A stretch of DNA of 64,000 nucleotides from IMG/VR virus record IMGVR_UViG_3300028388_001808, positions 29,734-93,733 of that record. One strand, written 5' to 3'. The position numbers were made by a program, and so were the translations under genes. The DNA is from a virus. The notes under the pieces are model-generated. The model did no database searches and was not told the origin of the DNA. It was given only the letters and a program-made list of their open reading frames with translations. Below are positions 8,381 through 18,693 of the stretch, one piece after another. Each line of letters starts with the position of its first letter. Position 1 is the first letter of the stretch.

Positions 8381-10759
8381 TTATTCTTTTTTCTTTGCAT
8401 CTTGCTTGACTTTCTGTCGCTCTATATCAACCTTTTGCTGCTCTATATCAAGCTTCCTGTTCTCTATCTGTGCATCTTTTCCGCTTCGATAAAGCTCAAG
8501 AACGTCAGGAATACCATCATTGTCCATGTCTTTATCCTGATTAAATCCAGCAGATAGCATTGCTTGCTTTTGTAGTTCAGTCTTTCTTCGTTCCTCTTCT
8601 TTGACTCTAATCTCATCTAATCTGTTCTTGTGTTGCTTATCTTCAGTTTCCTGACGCATAGCTTCTATCTCCTTAGCCTGTGCAGCAGCTTGCTTCTGAG
8701 TTTCTACATCTTTAGTACGTTTGCGCTCTTCTGCATCAGCCAGTTCTTCTTCAGCCTCAGCTATATTCGTACTGCGGTACAGCTTGATAATATCAGAAAG
8801 TTCTACGCTCTGAGTCTGCATTGCAGCATGTCCAAGCTGCTGGATCAGATTCATCACTTCAGAGTCTTTTGCTGCATTCGACACAAACACACCAAATGAA
8901 GCATTATCCAGAAGTGCTACATTAGAAGAAAGGTTCAACATTTCCAGAGAAAGATCGTCTAATGTATAGACCAGATAATCAGGAGGATCGAGTGCATAAG
9001 AAGCTTTAGCCACCTCAAGTAATTGAGACAGTACATGCTTCTTTACATTATTGTGCAGATCAAAGTAAGGCTCAAGTAGATTCGAAGATTGGATAATCTG
9101 TTGCTGTACATTAGTAACAGCCTCCGTAGGACTTATCTGCGCCTCTATCTGTTTTGGAATACCAACAGACTCACCACAACGTCGTTCAATATATTCAGCC
9201 AGCTCTATGTATTGTCGAATCTGATCTGTATTTGAGAGATCAAGTTCTTTGAACAGATTCGTCACATTCATATCTCCCCTGTTCCCTTCTTCCGATGGAT
9301 TGACCCAGGTGACTCTGTTAGCTGCTGCATAGTACATGAATTTACTAATATCCATCCCCATAGATCGGGCAACCTTAGTAACATCACCAACAGCAATCTT
9401 ACCAAGATCAGTAGCCATCAGCACCTCTATCCGATACATGATGATATTATAGTAGTACTGATAGGCTTTCATCCTATCCATCAGAGCTACAGAAGTAGAG
9501 TTCGTATCGGAATAAACAGCACCAATGAAAGGAAGAGGAGCGTAAGTAAGATCATTCAAGTCTTTGTGCTGGTAAGGAACAGGACGCATCCTTACATACT
9601 TGTCTCTGCCTATCTTTATTCCTTCATGTACTTCAGGAATCCAGGTCCACTCGATCTTTAGGTCTCCGGCTGGTTTGTTTACCTTATACGACTCAGATAC
9701 AATTCTTTCCTGTTCATTACCATCCGGATCAACATAGGTCAGAAAACCTATTTTCTTCAGACTTCTCCATGCTCTATGAACGCAACGTATCTTACCTGCT
9801 GTTTCATCATAGGTAGAGTCATCAAAACTAAAATCACTATCAGATACAGAAGTCCCGCCAGTAAAGAAACCGGAATACAGATCATCTATATCTTCATCAT
9901 TTAGCTCGTCTCCCCATCTGGCTATTACTTCTTCAGGAGATAACCAATACTCCACACCTGCCCATTGACGCTCATGTACATAAGGAGTTTCCGTATTTCG
10001 ATCACAGTCAAAATACTTCGAGTTGATCGTTTTTACAATCGGTCCGTTTCCTTCGTCTGTGACGTAATAGATTTCTTCCCCTGACAGTAGAGCATGTTTC
10101 CACCCTTCATTAAACTTCCTGTTCAACTCTTGCTTCTCGAACAGATAATTCAATATGCGCTGTCCCAGAATCTCTACCATATCCTGATGTTCGCGTTTCA
10201 TGTACTTGCGAACTTCAGGCGGCGTTCTGGCGTCCAGTTCTTCTTGTATCTCTTGTCGTATTTTTTGAATCTCTTCTTGTGACGGCTGTCTTCCTTCCAG
10301 TTCCTGAATCTTCCTTTGCTGGATTTCCATCCTTACAGGTTCCAGAATCTGAGCTACGACAAACCGTTTGATTCTTTCAGCCTCTTCCTGTTCTCTTCTG
10401 GACAAGGCTTCCGGATTAGTCGCCACGACACGCCAGGTAAACGGACGCTTCATTTCCCAGCCAAGTAAAGCGTTGATCTTACCAGATACAATATCACGAT
10501 TTGTCATTTCAGCAGGTAACTCACCAGCTTGTGCGCCATAAGGAGCGCATACGTACTCAAAGTCGTTGATGTTGATGATATTGTTCATCAAGTTGTAGTT
10601 GACGGACTTTCTTCTTTTGTCATCAACTCCCTGAAAGGTAAAGCTGAATCTCCCAGAGATAAGATCAAGTCTATCTATATTGTCTTTGTACCACTGCTTG
10701 TCGTCAGCATCCTTCTGAGACTGGGTAAGCTTTTGGGTAAACATATTGTCGGTTGTCAT
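8381..10759 (-). CDS. Portal protein (crAss-like)
   Basis: 792 aa; follows terminase; C-terminal coiled coil with a DMDNDGIPD motif as in crAss portals. Confidence 0.85.
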   Translation of the reverse strand: MTTDNMFTQKLTQSQKDADDKQWYKDNIDRLDLISGRFSFTFQGVDDKRRKSVNYNLMNNIININDFEYVCAPYGAQAGELPAEMTNRDIVSGKINALLGWEMKRPFTWRVVATNPEALSRREQEEAERIKRFVVAQILEPVRMEIQQRKIQELEGRQPSQEEIQKIRQEIQEELDARTPPEVRKYMKREHQDMVEILGQRILNYLFEKQELNRKFNEGWKHALLSGEEIYYVTDEGNGPIVKTINSKYFDCDRNTETPYVHERQWAGVEYWLSPEEVIARWGDELNDEDIDDLYSGFFTGGTSVSDSDFSFDDSTYDETAGKIRCVHRAWRSLKKIGFLTYVDPDGNEQERIVSESYKVNKPAGDLKIEWTWIPEVHEGIKIGRDKYVRMRPVPYQHKDLNDLTYAPLPFIGAVYSDTNSTSVALMDRMKAYQYYYNIIMYRIEVLMATDLGKIAVGDVTKVARSMGMDISKFMYYAAANRVTWVNPSEEGNRGDMNVTNLFKELDLSNTDQIRQYIELAEYIERRCGESVGIPKQIEAQISPTEAVTNVQQQIIQSSNLLEPYFDLHNNVKKHVLSQLLEVAKASYALDPPDYLVYTLDDLSLEMLNLSSNVALLDNASFGVFVSNAAKDSEVMNLIQQLGHAAMQTQSVELSDIIKLYRSTNIAEAEEELADAEERKRTKDVETQKQAAAQAKEIEAMRQETEDKQHKNRLDEIRVKEEERRKTELQKQAMLSAGFNQDKDMDNDGIPDVLELYRSGKDAQIENRKLDIEQQKVDIERQKVKQDAKKKE

Positions 10760-10773
10760 GGCAATTGTTTTAA

Positions 10774-12855
10774 TTAACGTCTTGGCTGTCTTATGTTTCT
10801 AAGCTGTTCCAGTTCTTCTGCTACTTTCTGATTAAAATCACTTGATTTGCTTTGACGTTCCAAAGTCTTCTCTTGCATTTGAAACTGTATCATAAAGAAA
10901 GCAGATAATCTATCATAGTTACCTACTCTCTTACCATTTCGTTTCTTATAGGCTATAACCTCTTCAAGAAAACCTGGAATATTTACAGTATGTATGTTCA
11001 GAATAATCTTATCAGTCTCATCTATAGACCGTTCTTCGATCATCCACTTCTTACTGTATTTCTCCCCAGCCTCTATAAGGTTATCGGTCATGTGTATACC
11101 ATAAACACGTTTAACCGAACTTTCTTTTATACTGGCCCTGATTACATTATCAGGCTGTTCTGCCAACAAATGTAACTTATTTTTATTTCTAAAGTAAGTC
11201 TTTACATCAGGAACCATGTTCTCATACATGATTTCTGCACTATAATACTCAGCAAGATATTCTGCTATCCTGTGCGTACCATCTGGATTTTCCAATCTAC
11301 CATAATAATCAGCTACTATCGTACCTGATGTATATGAAAGATCAGACCATTTATAAACGATTATAGACGCAAGAGAAGTACCCTGATCTTGTTGAATAGG
11401 GTCGTATCCTATCAAATAAGTACCAGGCATAGCACCTGGTCTTGGAGGTTCGAATATGACAACAGCACCAGATAAATCCAAATCACCATTCTTTTTTGGT
11501 TTGGGTTTCCACTCCCATATTGGATTTAATTCATTATTCAAATCAGGTACAGCTTTAACCTTACCGTCTTCTCTGGTTAAATGTACAGGCTGCCCAAGCT
11601 TTAAGTGAAGCTTGTTTGACATTACTCTGGCTAGCTGCGCTCTTGCTTCTTGTACTGGAAAGACGTTCCCTGTAGATTGCAGGAAGGCTTCTTCAGGAGA
11701 GAAACAGAATTCTTGCGTATGCGTGGTAATCGTAGATGGAGAAGACGCAGTAGAACGTATCTCTTCTCGCTTTTTTTCTTCATATTCTTTTGCTGCTTGT
11801 CTATCTGAATTACCGTGTTCGTCAATAAAACCCGGTTTGTTTTGATAATCAGGAAAGAAAAAAGAGCATTGAGCATCTACGGCATGTTCGTCCCACACAT
11901 TTTCATAACTTATCGCACCATAAGCTTCAGGACTGTAGAACATCTTAGCAAAGTCATACATATCGTCACCACCAGACGTTCCAAAGACTACCATTTGCCC
12001 AGTCACATATTTACCATCTTCTAAAGAAGGCTTAGTTACCAAATAAGAAGTCTCAAGATTTGGAAAGGAGCCAGCCTCTTCAAACAGTATCAGTGTACCG
12101 TCTTTACCACGAGCCGCACTAGGATTGTCTTTGAATGAAATAGCAAGTACAGAAGAGACATAGCCACGCTTACTCAATACTCCATTAACCTCACCTCTAA
12201 AAGAGGCTTCTTTTGCATCTGACCTGTCTACGTATTCTCTTTTCTTAGCCCACCCTGTGTGAGCATTCAGGAAATCCATATAATCAGATGCCATAGCCAT
12301 CGTACCTCTTGGGTAGAGATACTTTTTATCGAAAGCACCTATAATAGATACGCTACCACGTATAGAATTGTACCTGTTTACAACTATGGCTGCATTCTTG
12401 TAAGAAAAGCCTTTACGTCTGGCCTTACCTACAATCATGTGCCTACCACCATCTATCTGCTTAGGTTCATTTATAAGGTGTAACTCTTTAAGCTTCTCAG
12501 GAGTAGTACCGTAACGCGCTATGTTCATATTGTGATAGTAATCATAGTCACCATCCCAAAAGAACGGAAATGTCTTTTTCTTGTCAGTAGCTTTACCTTT
12601 TATCTGCTTTGTTACATCAGTAAGTTGTATCTGACAGAAATTCAGGTAAAAATAATGATCGCCTGTAACATACGCACCTCCTGAGCTATGTCCTTCCTTA
12701 CACCTTCTTAGTTGCTCCTGCCAATATTCTACCCAAGGTTGGGAACCCCAAGGATCAGGACAATAGTAGCCGTACTTGCTAAAATGCAAGGCTTCTTCTC
12801 GAAAACCTTGCGTATTAACCCATAATCCTTCGGAGTTCCTAACACTTAGAGACAT
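10774..12855 (-). CDS. terL: Terminase large subunit
   Basis: Walker A-like KARRKGFS, Walker B LILFEEAG, FGTSG coupling motif and nuclease IGYDP...YDRLSA. Confidence 0.92.
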   Translation of the reverse strand: MSLSVRNSEGLWVNTQGFREEALHFSKYGYYCPDPWGSQPWVEYWQEQLRRCKEGHSSGGAYVTGDHYFYLNFCQIQLTDVTKQIKGKATDKKKTFPFFWDGDYDYYHNMNIARYGTTPEKLKELHLINEPKQIDGGRHMIVGKARRKGFSYKNAAIVVNRYNSIRGSVSIIGAFDKKYLYPRGTMAMASDYMDFLNAHTGWAKKREYVDRSDAKEASFRGEVNGVLSKRGYVSSVLAISFKDNPSAARGKDGTLILFEEAGSFPNLETSYLVTKPSLEDGKYVTGQMVVFGTSGGDDMYDFAKMFYSPEAYGAISYENVWDEHAVDAQCSFFFPDYQNKPGFIDEHGNSDRQAAKEYEEKKREEIRSTASSPSTITTHTQEFCFSPEEAFLQSTGNVFPVQEARAQLARVMSNKLHLKLGQPVHLTREDGKVKAVPDLNNELNPIWEWKPKPKKNGDLDLSGAVVIFEPPRPGAMPGTYLIGYDPIQQDQGTSLASIIVYKWSDLSYTSGTIVADYYGRLENPDGTHRIAEYLAEYYSAEIMYENMVPDVKTYFRNKNKLHLLAEQPDNVIRASIKESSVKRVYGIHMTDNLIEAGEKYSKKWMIEERSIDETDKIILNIHTVNIPGFLEEVIAYKKRNGKRVGNYDRLSAFFMIQFQMQEKTLERQSKSSDFNQKVAEELEQLRNIRQPRR

Positions 12856-12865
12856 TCGATGCTGT

Positions 12866-13231
12866 TTAAACTGTTCGACCGGCCTTCAACGGAATACGTT
12901 TAGCTGCGCTAATCGCTTCGGTGATCTTCACCTCTGCCTGATCAGAAGGCAGCGTATTCCGATTTTTCCACTCTTCAAGGGTATTTGCGAACTCCTGAAT
13001 CGTGTCGATCAGTACCTTCATAGTTGCAAATCCCATGAGAATGAATCGGAACCATCCAAGCAGTTTCTGAGGAACGAATTCCTCCAACTGAACGGCAAAG
13101 TCACGAATCTTCCCGATAATGTCTTCAAAGCCTTGAAGCTTTTCAAGAAGTCCGTTGTTCTCTGTTTCCAGTTGCTGTGCGTACTTGACCAGTTCATCTT
13201 TGGTCAGTTTCGACAATTTCTGATTACTCAT
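12866..13231 (-). CDS. Hypothetical protein with one hydrophobic segment
   Basis: 121 aa, coiled coil plus LLGWFRFILMGF segment. Confidence 0.6.
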   Translation of the reverse strand: MSNQKLSKLTKDELVKYAQQLETENNGLLEKLQGFEDIIGKIRDFAVQLEEFVPQKLLGWFRFILMGFATMKVLIDTIQEFANTLEEWKNRNTLPSDQAEVKITEAISAAKRIPLKAGRTV

Positions 13232-13677
13232 AATATAGCTATATTAAAGATGAAAAATAAAGTAAGCCCTACTACAAAATACAATAAGCGCAGCCAGGGA
13301 TTCTTATCCGGAAAGTTTGAAGAGTCTGCATGCGCATACCCAAAGAATCGATATGGTTTGCCTCTAGCATCCAATACAGGTTTCAGTTCTTTGTACCACT
13401 TAGTCAACCAGTAATGACCTTCAAAATAAAATCCAGTCTGTATGAAAGGCAACATCAGCCAGAGAAATACAGTATTCAAAGCAATGCCCAGAAGATTCAG
13501 ATGACTGACAGTGAGAAAAAGAACGACTATGCGCTGCAATAGCGCAAATAGATGAGGCACGTGTATGCTTTTCGAATTGAATCTGTATCGTATTGGAAGA
13601 AATCGATAAAGATAGCTATCGTAAAGACCTTCGATAGCAAGATAAGTAATCCATAGTAGTAGAGATATATATATCAT
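13228..13677 (-). CDS. Multi-pass membrane protein (possible holin)
   Basis: About 4 hydrophobic segments; near the peptidase gene. The holin role is inference. Confidence 0.5.
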   Translation of the reverse strand: MIYISLLLWITYLAIEGLYDSYLYRFLPIRYRFNSKSIHVPHLFALLQRIVVLFLTVSHLNLLGIALNTVFLWLMLPFIQTGFYFEGHYWLTKWYKELKPVLDARGKPYRFFGYAHADSSNFPDKNPWLRLLYFVVGLTLFFIFNIAIL

Positions 13678-14222
13678 TCTTCAAAAGGGTTTATTTGTCG
13701 ATTACCTCTGGTTTTCATCTTTGTGTAAACTTCCTCTTCTACTTTTTTCTCTAAAGTCTGGAGCGCAGCCAAAACCTTGTCTGACTCTGCAAGTGCTTTC
13801 ATTAAGTCAGCAGGTTTATAAACTGCTGCTCCTCCTTTTGTTCTTTCAGTTACGTCTATGTTCTGTATGTCAAGTATAAATTTTTCAGCACCTGCTTTAG
13901 CTGCCTCAAGTAATCTTACAGGTAACTGATTCATTAAAAGCTCTTTGTAGGCATCTAAACACTTTTTTACCAACTCATCAGGACAATAGTCAGCGTCTTT
14001 AAATACAGCTCTTCCTACAGCAGCTGGTCTGTCCTCTTCAGCATACCCTTTGTAAGGATTTGTCTTTTTAAGAGAACACATATACTCCACATACAATAAC
14101 TCAGCTAATGCTGTGTCTTTTCTTTCTGAGTTGTCTCTTTGCCAGAGTTCGCTAAACGGACTTAACGCTATAAGATGAGCGTTAGGTACGACTCTAGCAC
14201 CTTCCATTGTGATTAGGTCCAT
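13674..14222 (-). CDS. Conserved crAss-like protein upstream of terL (terminase small subunit candidate)
   Basis: 182 aa; position and ELLYVEYM...NPY motif. Confidence 0.5.
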   Translation of the reverse strand: MDLITMEGARVVPNAHLIALSPFSELWQRDNSERKDTALAELLYVEYMCSLKKTNPYKGYAEEDRPAAVGRAVFKDADYCPDELVKKCLDAYKELLMNQLPVRLLEAAKAGAEKFILDIQNIDVTERTKGGAAVYKPADLMKALAESDKVLAALQTLEKKVEEEVYTKMKTRGNRQINPFEE

Positions 14223-14866
14223 TACTTAAAGATTGGGACAAAGAAATGAGCCTGTATTCTTTTGTCAGTTCCTACATCAATAGAATACATTCTACGTTTT
14301 TTGTCCTGATAAAATAAACCAACATTCACTGCAAATCCCTGCAATGGATCGTCCCATACCGTTCCTGTACCTAGTTTAGCACCAAAAGCAGATCTTTCTA
14401 CAGGAATCTCTACAGTCTTTTCTGTAGTATGTTCAATAATTATCGGATCGGTATAAACAGGTACAGTATCAGTAATATATACATTTTGAATGATGTAAGG
14501 AGTGTCTAGGGTTATCTCGTGTTCTACAGCAACTAACTCTCCTGTATGCAGTATTTTAGTTTCCAGATCAATATGCTTGTCTGTATAAGATACTACAGAC
14601 TCCACAGTATCTGCCGACACAATAACCTCATTTACTTTTTTAGTCTTGACTTTCTTCATTAGCCCTTTGCGTACAGTCCGATAGATTTCCATGCTGTCAA
14701 TCTGTACAGGAAAACAAGTGTCTTTGTATTGAGTAATGTAAATCAGGCTATCTCTGGTTACAGGAACCTCACGTTTACCAGAAGCCTTACCTGCGAAGAA
14801 AGCACCCACTACAGCAGACAGAAACAAAAGAACAAGAATGATAATAGAGGTAATTGGATTTTTCAT
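14222..14866 (-). CDS. Membrane-anchored protein (spanin-like candidate)
   Basis: N-terminal TM helix, ITDTVP/DSL repeats and beta-rich C-terminus; next to the peptidase. Confidence 0.5.
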   Translation of the reverse strand: MKNPITSIIILVLLFLSAVVGAFFAGKASGKREVPVTRDSLIYITQYKDTCFPVQIDSMEIYRTVRKGLMKKVKTKKVNEVIVSADTVESVVSYTDKHIDLETKILHTGELVAVEHEITLDTPYIIQNVYITDTVPVYTDPIIIEHTTEKTVEIPVERSAFGAKLGTGTVWDDPLQGFAVNVGLFYQDKKRRMYSIDVGTDKRIQAHFFVPIFK

Positions 14867-14869
14867 GTT

Positions 14870-15262
14870 TTAATAGTAATGCCATACTAGATATGGCGGT
14901 TTAGTAGGATCGCAATCGGCATGAATAAACGTTCTTCCGATACCGATACGGTTTATTCCAGCTTGTATTAAAGCCCTGATAATCGTATAACGATGAGACG
15001 AAGTAAGTACCTTGATATCGGCAGCCCAGCCCTTCAAATGTGGAGAGTTTTTAGCTGTCTTATATCCTCTGTTTCTAAGATCGTCATGGTGTCTTTGCGT
15101 CCTGTATCCAGATGTGACAATAAAGGGTATCTGTGCTATCCTTCTTGCCTCATCAAGCTTCAGAAGAAAAGACCTTTCCATAAGCTCTCCTGATCCCGGA
15201 GCGTCAGGAGAATCAAACTCCCAGGAAGTAAAATATTTTATACCTTCAAACTTACTTGCCAT
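14870..15262 (-). CDS. Peptidase M15 family endolysin
   Basis: YFTSWEF, VTSGYR, SPHLKGWAADI and FIHAD motifs (Zn ligands H, D, H). Confidence 0.85.
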   Translation of the reverse strand: MASKFEGIKYFTSWEFDSPDAPGSGELMERSFLLKLDEARRIAQIPFIVTSGYRTQRHHDDLRNRGYKTAKNSPHLKGWAADIKVLTSSHRYTIIRALIQAGINRIGIGRTFIHADCDPTKPPYLVWHYY

Positions 15263-15572
15263 GACGAACAGCTTTTATAGTCAATATTTGGGTTCTTTGG
15301 TTTTCTCCATCTGTCAGCGTCACTGCGATTGTTTTAACAGTAGGCTGAATTGTAGAATTCACCAAAGGTGACAATTGTGGTATCTTGTAGATAACTGTTA
15401 CCACATTGTTCTTAACAGAGGCGACAGTACAAGAGCATCCAGGCACTACATTAAGGATAGTATCCTTCCCCATATACGTAAACGTGACTGGATACTTCTT
15501 ACCTACTTCAACGTCTCCAAGATTAACTACTGTAGCATCCCATTCCAATTGACTTCTTACTACGTCAGCCAT
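15252..15572 (-). CDS. DUF1573-like Ig-fold protein
   Basis: LGDV...VTFTY...VVPGCSCT motif. Confidence 0.6.
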   Translation of the reverse strand: MADVVRSQLEWDATVVNLGDVEVGKKYPVTFTYMGKDTILNVVPGCSCTVASVKNNVVTVIYKIPQLSPLVNSTIQPTVKTIAVTLTDGENQRTQILTIKAVRHGK

Positions 15573-15578
15573 ATTTAT

Positions 15579-16022
15579 TTATTTAATGTGAAGTTCTTCA
15601 TAGTTTTCGTAGATATAAACTAAAAGTTCTTTTGTGCGGATATTCATTGCCTTATAATCCCTTTTACTTATCATCTTGGGATAGCATCCTCCTTTGTCTG
15701 CCTTATTTGCAAAAAACAGATCAGGAGTAACGCATCCACAGACTACACAATGTCCGTTCTCTATACACTCCAAAGATTTCTGTCTTACTTTCTCCACCCT
15801 GTATTCATAAGTAAATCTTACCCTTTCCGACAACCACAGAGGATCGACTCCATAGTAAATAAAAAATCTCCACTCGCCTGTCAAAAAATGAAAAATGTCG
15901 GGCAGCTTATACTGTCCCGACATCATCATTTTGATTCCCTTCCCTGACAGCTTCAAGAAGCGTATCATAAGCTTCAATACTTTCAGGTAGGATTTGTCTG
16001 ATGTGTTCTGAAGTTCTGGCAT
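15579..16022 (-). CDS. Cys-cluster (zinc-binding) protein
   Basis: ECIENGHCVVCGC...GGCYP. Confidence 0.6.
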   Translation of the reverse strand: MPELQNTSDKSYLKVLKLMIRFLKLSGKGIKMMMSGQYKLPDIFHFLTGEWRFFIYYGVDPLWLSERVRFTYEYRVEKVRQKSLECIENGHCVVCGCVTPDLFFANKADKGGCYPKMISKRDYKAMNIRTKELLVYIYENYEELHIK

Positions 16023-16326
16023 AGTTCAAAAGTAGTTCGTAATACTCCCTGTGAAAAAAATTAACCTTTCCTTTCTTGATACCTTTCCGTAGAATGAAGG
16101 CTGATTTGATCAGTTCGTTTTTTACGAATCTGTCCTGTGGGACGAAAGAGCCGAAATACTTTAATCGAAGCACAGGAAACAAGCCCTTTCTTATATGCCC
16201 GACAAAGCATTGAAATAAAGACATCACAGCGTGTCTGAACTCTTCAAATGAAACATCTTCCTCTTCTTCTTCAATAAACAGTTCATACGCTCTTTTTATC
16301 ACTCTTTCCCATCCTACTACCGTCAT
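15907..16326 (-). CDS. HU/IHF-like DNA-binding protein
   Basis: VLRLKYFGSFVP motif; IHF-like genes occupy this position in crAss-like phages. Confidence 0.55.
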   Translation of the reverse strand: MTVVGWERVIKRAYELFIEEEEEDVSFEEFRHAVMSLFQCFVGHIRKGLFPVLRLKYFGSFVPQDRFVKNELIKSAFILRKGIKKGKVNFFHREYYELLLNYARTSEHIRQILPESIEAYDTLLEAVREGNQNDDVGTV

Positions 16327-16709
16327 GAGTTGTCAAGTTCCAGATTTATATCATATTGAAGATAATCAGCTACAGGCTCTACCGCAGGGTTCACAGCATA
16401 CTTCATTCTGGTATTAACAGAGACGAGATAACCTTTACGTAGTAACTGTGTAAGATAATTAGAAACTCCTGCTCTTGAAAGAGTAAGCGCGTCCATAACC
16501 TTCTTTCTGGCTTCTGTACTAAACCTGTAATCTACAGGTTCGCACATAAACAAAGAAAGAACTTCAACTTCTTTCTCTGTAAGCTGCTTTTCCTTGTTCG
16601 GTATAAGCGCATTCAATATGTTCAAATGTCTCTTGTAAAACTCAGGCTTACCTGAAACAGGTATACTCTTGCTTAGCTTTTGTTTATTCTTGTCAGACCC
16701 GTCGATCAT
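16323..16709 (-). CDS. Winged-HTH DNA-binding protein
   Basis: LTEKEVEVL...LSRAGVSNYLTQLLRKGYL. Confidence 0.65.
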   Translation of the reverse strand: MIDGSDKNKQKLSKSIPVSGKPEFYKRHLNILNALIPNKEKQLTEKEVEVLSLFMCEPVDYRFSTEARKKVMDALTLSRAGVSNYLTQLLRKGYLVSVNTRMKYAVNPAVEPVADYLQYDINLELDNS

Positions 16710-16723
16710 TATTCTACTGTTTG

Positions 16724-16750
16724 TACAAAGTTAACGATAAATATTTACAA
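16724..16750 (-). promoter_or_regulatory. Promoter at the head of the late operon (TTGTA-N12-TAACTTTGTA)
   Basis: TAACTTTG at 16733-16726; same architecture as the 8307-8334 site. Confidence 0.55.
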
Positions 16751-17094
16751 CATGCAAGTACAAACATAAAAAAAGAGGACACCGTTTCCAGTATCCTCTT
16801 AAAGACCCTTTTCCTCAGACAAGAAGATCTTTATGGCATGAACAAGATAGGCAAAATAAGTCGTTTTATTCAGGCGTTCACAAAATGATAGAGTTCGCCC
16901 AGTTCGCCCAGTATTATATAATAGATATACAATACTAAGTTATTTATTATTAACTATATAATAATTATATAGTATTATAAGGTTCCTCCCCACCCTCCCT
17001 CCACAATTTTTTCATTTTTTTTTGATAAAACCAACTTTTTTCACCTAAAAAAACTCATCCCACTCATAACTAATTGACTGACAGGGGGAAAAAA

Positions 17095-17433
17095 TCAGAG
17101 GGGTCTGGACTCTTCAGCAGGTAGACTGGCCACTTTTTGCAGTTCGTCAGAGTGAAGTACCATGTTCGATCTGAGTTTCTCAGAACATGATACAATCTCA
17201 ATCCACTCTCCGCTTCTTGAAAGATTGATATCTCTGATCAACTCATTCTGTACAATAACAGAAATAAGATCATTCATAAGACGATCATCTTTCTGCACAC
17301 CAAAACTATCAGGTAATGCCTGATCGAATGCAAATGTGCGTAAACTAATAGAGCTTACAGCTCTTAAATTTTGTCCTCTGTAATAAGCGTAGCCTACTAC
17401 TACAGACCTTGCAGGAAATGATTGTGTGTTCAT
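17095..17433 (-). CDS. Hypothetical protein
   Basis: 112-aa ORF in a co-oriented run. Confidence 0.55.
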   Translation of the reverse strand: MNTQSFPARSVVVGYAYYRGQNLRAVSSISLRTFAFDQALPDSFGVQKDDRLMNDLISVIVQNELIRDINLSRSGEWIEIVSCSEKLRSNMVLHSDELQKVASLPAEESRPL

Positions 17434-17444
17434 AACAAAAATTA

Positions 17445-18101
17445 TTAAGAATGACTAGATTTAATCTTATGCACGTACTCTCCTATAAAGTTCTCTTTCT
17501 TAGTAATAAAGCCAATAGTATCAAACGTAGTCAGCATCTTGCAAACTATCTGTTTTCCTGCGATCTTCACCAACTCTAAAGCCTTACCGTTCACAGATAC
17601 AAAATCCCCACTCTGTGCATCAATACGCTCACTGAAGTTACGATCCAAGGTAAGTACAATAATAGAAAAAGGCGCATAAGTCGTACTATCTATAGAACAG
17701 TCAATGATTCTCAAAAGGACTGACTGGTTTGCACCTTTCGCCTCTATACCCATAAGATCACAAATAGTGTTAAAATCCGTCTTGTCCCAATCATAACTAA
17801 CACCATTATAAGACAACGTATCATACCTTCCACCAGAGTCAAAATACTCTTTCAACCCACCTTTACCCGTCATAATCATTTTATCAGGAGTCTTTATTAC
17901 AGCAGAGAAAAACTCCGATCTATCAACCCTGTCAGTCTTATGGACTACACTAATCGTCGTTTTGCCTTTAACTGAAGTGTTCTCTATTCTATCATAGAAC
18001 ACCTCTAAAAGATACCTTTCTACATCTTCAACTACGAGATTCTTGATCTCCAGGAATTTTTTCATCTTGTCCATGCTATACATTTTTAATAAGTCAACCA
18101 A
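17445..18101 (-). CDS. Hypothetical protein
   Basis: 218-aa ORF. Confidence 0.6.
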   Translation of the reverse strand: MVDLLKMYSMDKMKKFLEIKNLVVEDVERYLLEVFYDRIENTSVKGKTTISVVHKTDRVDRSEFFSAVIKTPDKMIMTGKGGLKEYFDSGGRYDTLSYNGVSYDWDKTDFNTICDLMGIEAKGANQSVLLRIIDCSIDSTTYAPFSIIVLTLDRNFSERIDAQSGDFVSVNGKALELVKIAGKQIVCKMLTTFDTIGFITKKENFIGEYVHKIKSSHS

Positions 18102-18385
18102 TCTTTAAACTCTCTGAGACGCTCAACTACAATCACCTTTATCTTCTGCATCCTGGAAAGGGAGTCATACCAAATCTTACTTTTTTTGAACTCCTTATCT
18201 ATAAAACCTTCCCACAGCTCTATAGTAGAGGCTCCTCCTACAGTAACATACTCATAATGAAGTTTCCCGCATCTACTACAATAGCTAGAAACATAAGAAC
18301 CGTAATTCCTAGATACCTTCATATCATGTCCTTTGAACAGACATACGGTCTTCCTAACAAGTCTTCTTGGTCTTTTTCTCATCAT
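18086..18385 (-). CDS. Small zinc-ribbon protein
   Basis: CLFKGH...CSRCG. Confidence 0.55.
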   Translation of the reverse strand: MMRKRPRRLVRKTVCLFKGHDMKVSRNYGSYVSSYCSRCGKLHYEYVTVGGASTIELWEGFIDKEFKKSKIWYDSLSRMQKIKVIVVERLREFKDWLTY

Positions 18386-18693
18386 CTACAATTTAAGCCA
18401 TTTTGTACATAAAGATACTGAACATTTTAAAGAAAACCCAGAAAAACTGACAGGGTAGAAAAATCCAGTACTCCAAAAATTTTTAGAGGTGGGGGTACTA
18501 TACCCTAAAAATCAAAGGATTTAATACCCCCCCCCCTACAATACCTTACCTATTTCTGAAACCCGAAAAAAATTAGGGGGTAGGGGTGAAATGGTGAACC
18601 CCCTCTATTCTTTAGCCCCCACTAATGATTGCAGGGGATACCCCCCTGCATATTTCTAGGAAGGATTTCTATCACCTTGTAAATATATTTACT

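Noticed and set aside
10774-12855. Introns or inteins in terL, polA or the RNAP gene
   Set aside because: The frames are uninterrupted, terL and polA are of normal size, and no intein or homing-endonuclease motifs were seen.
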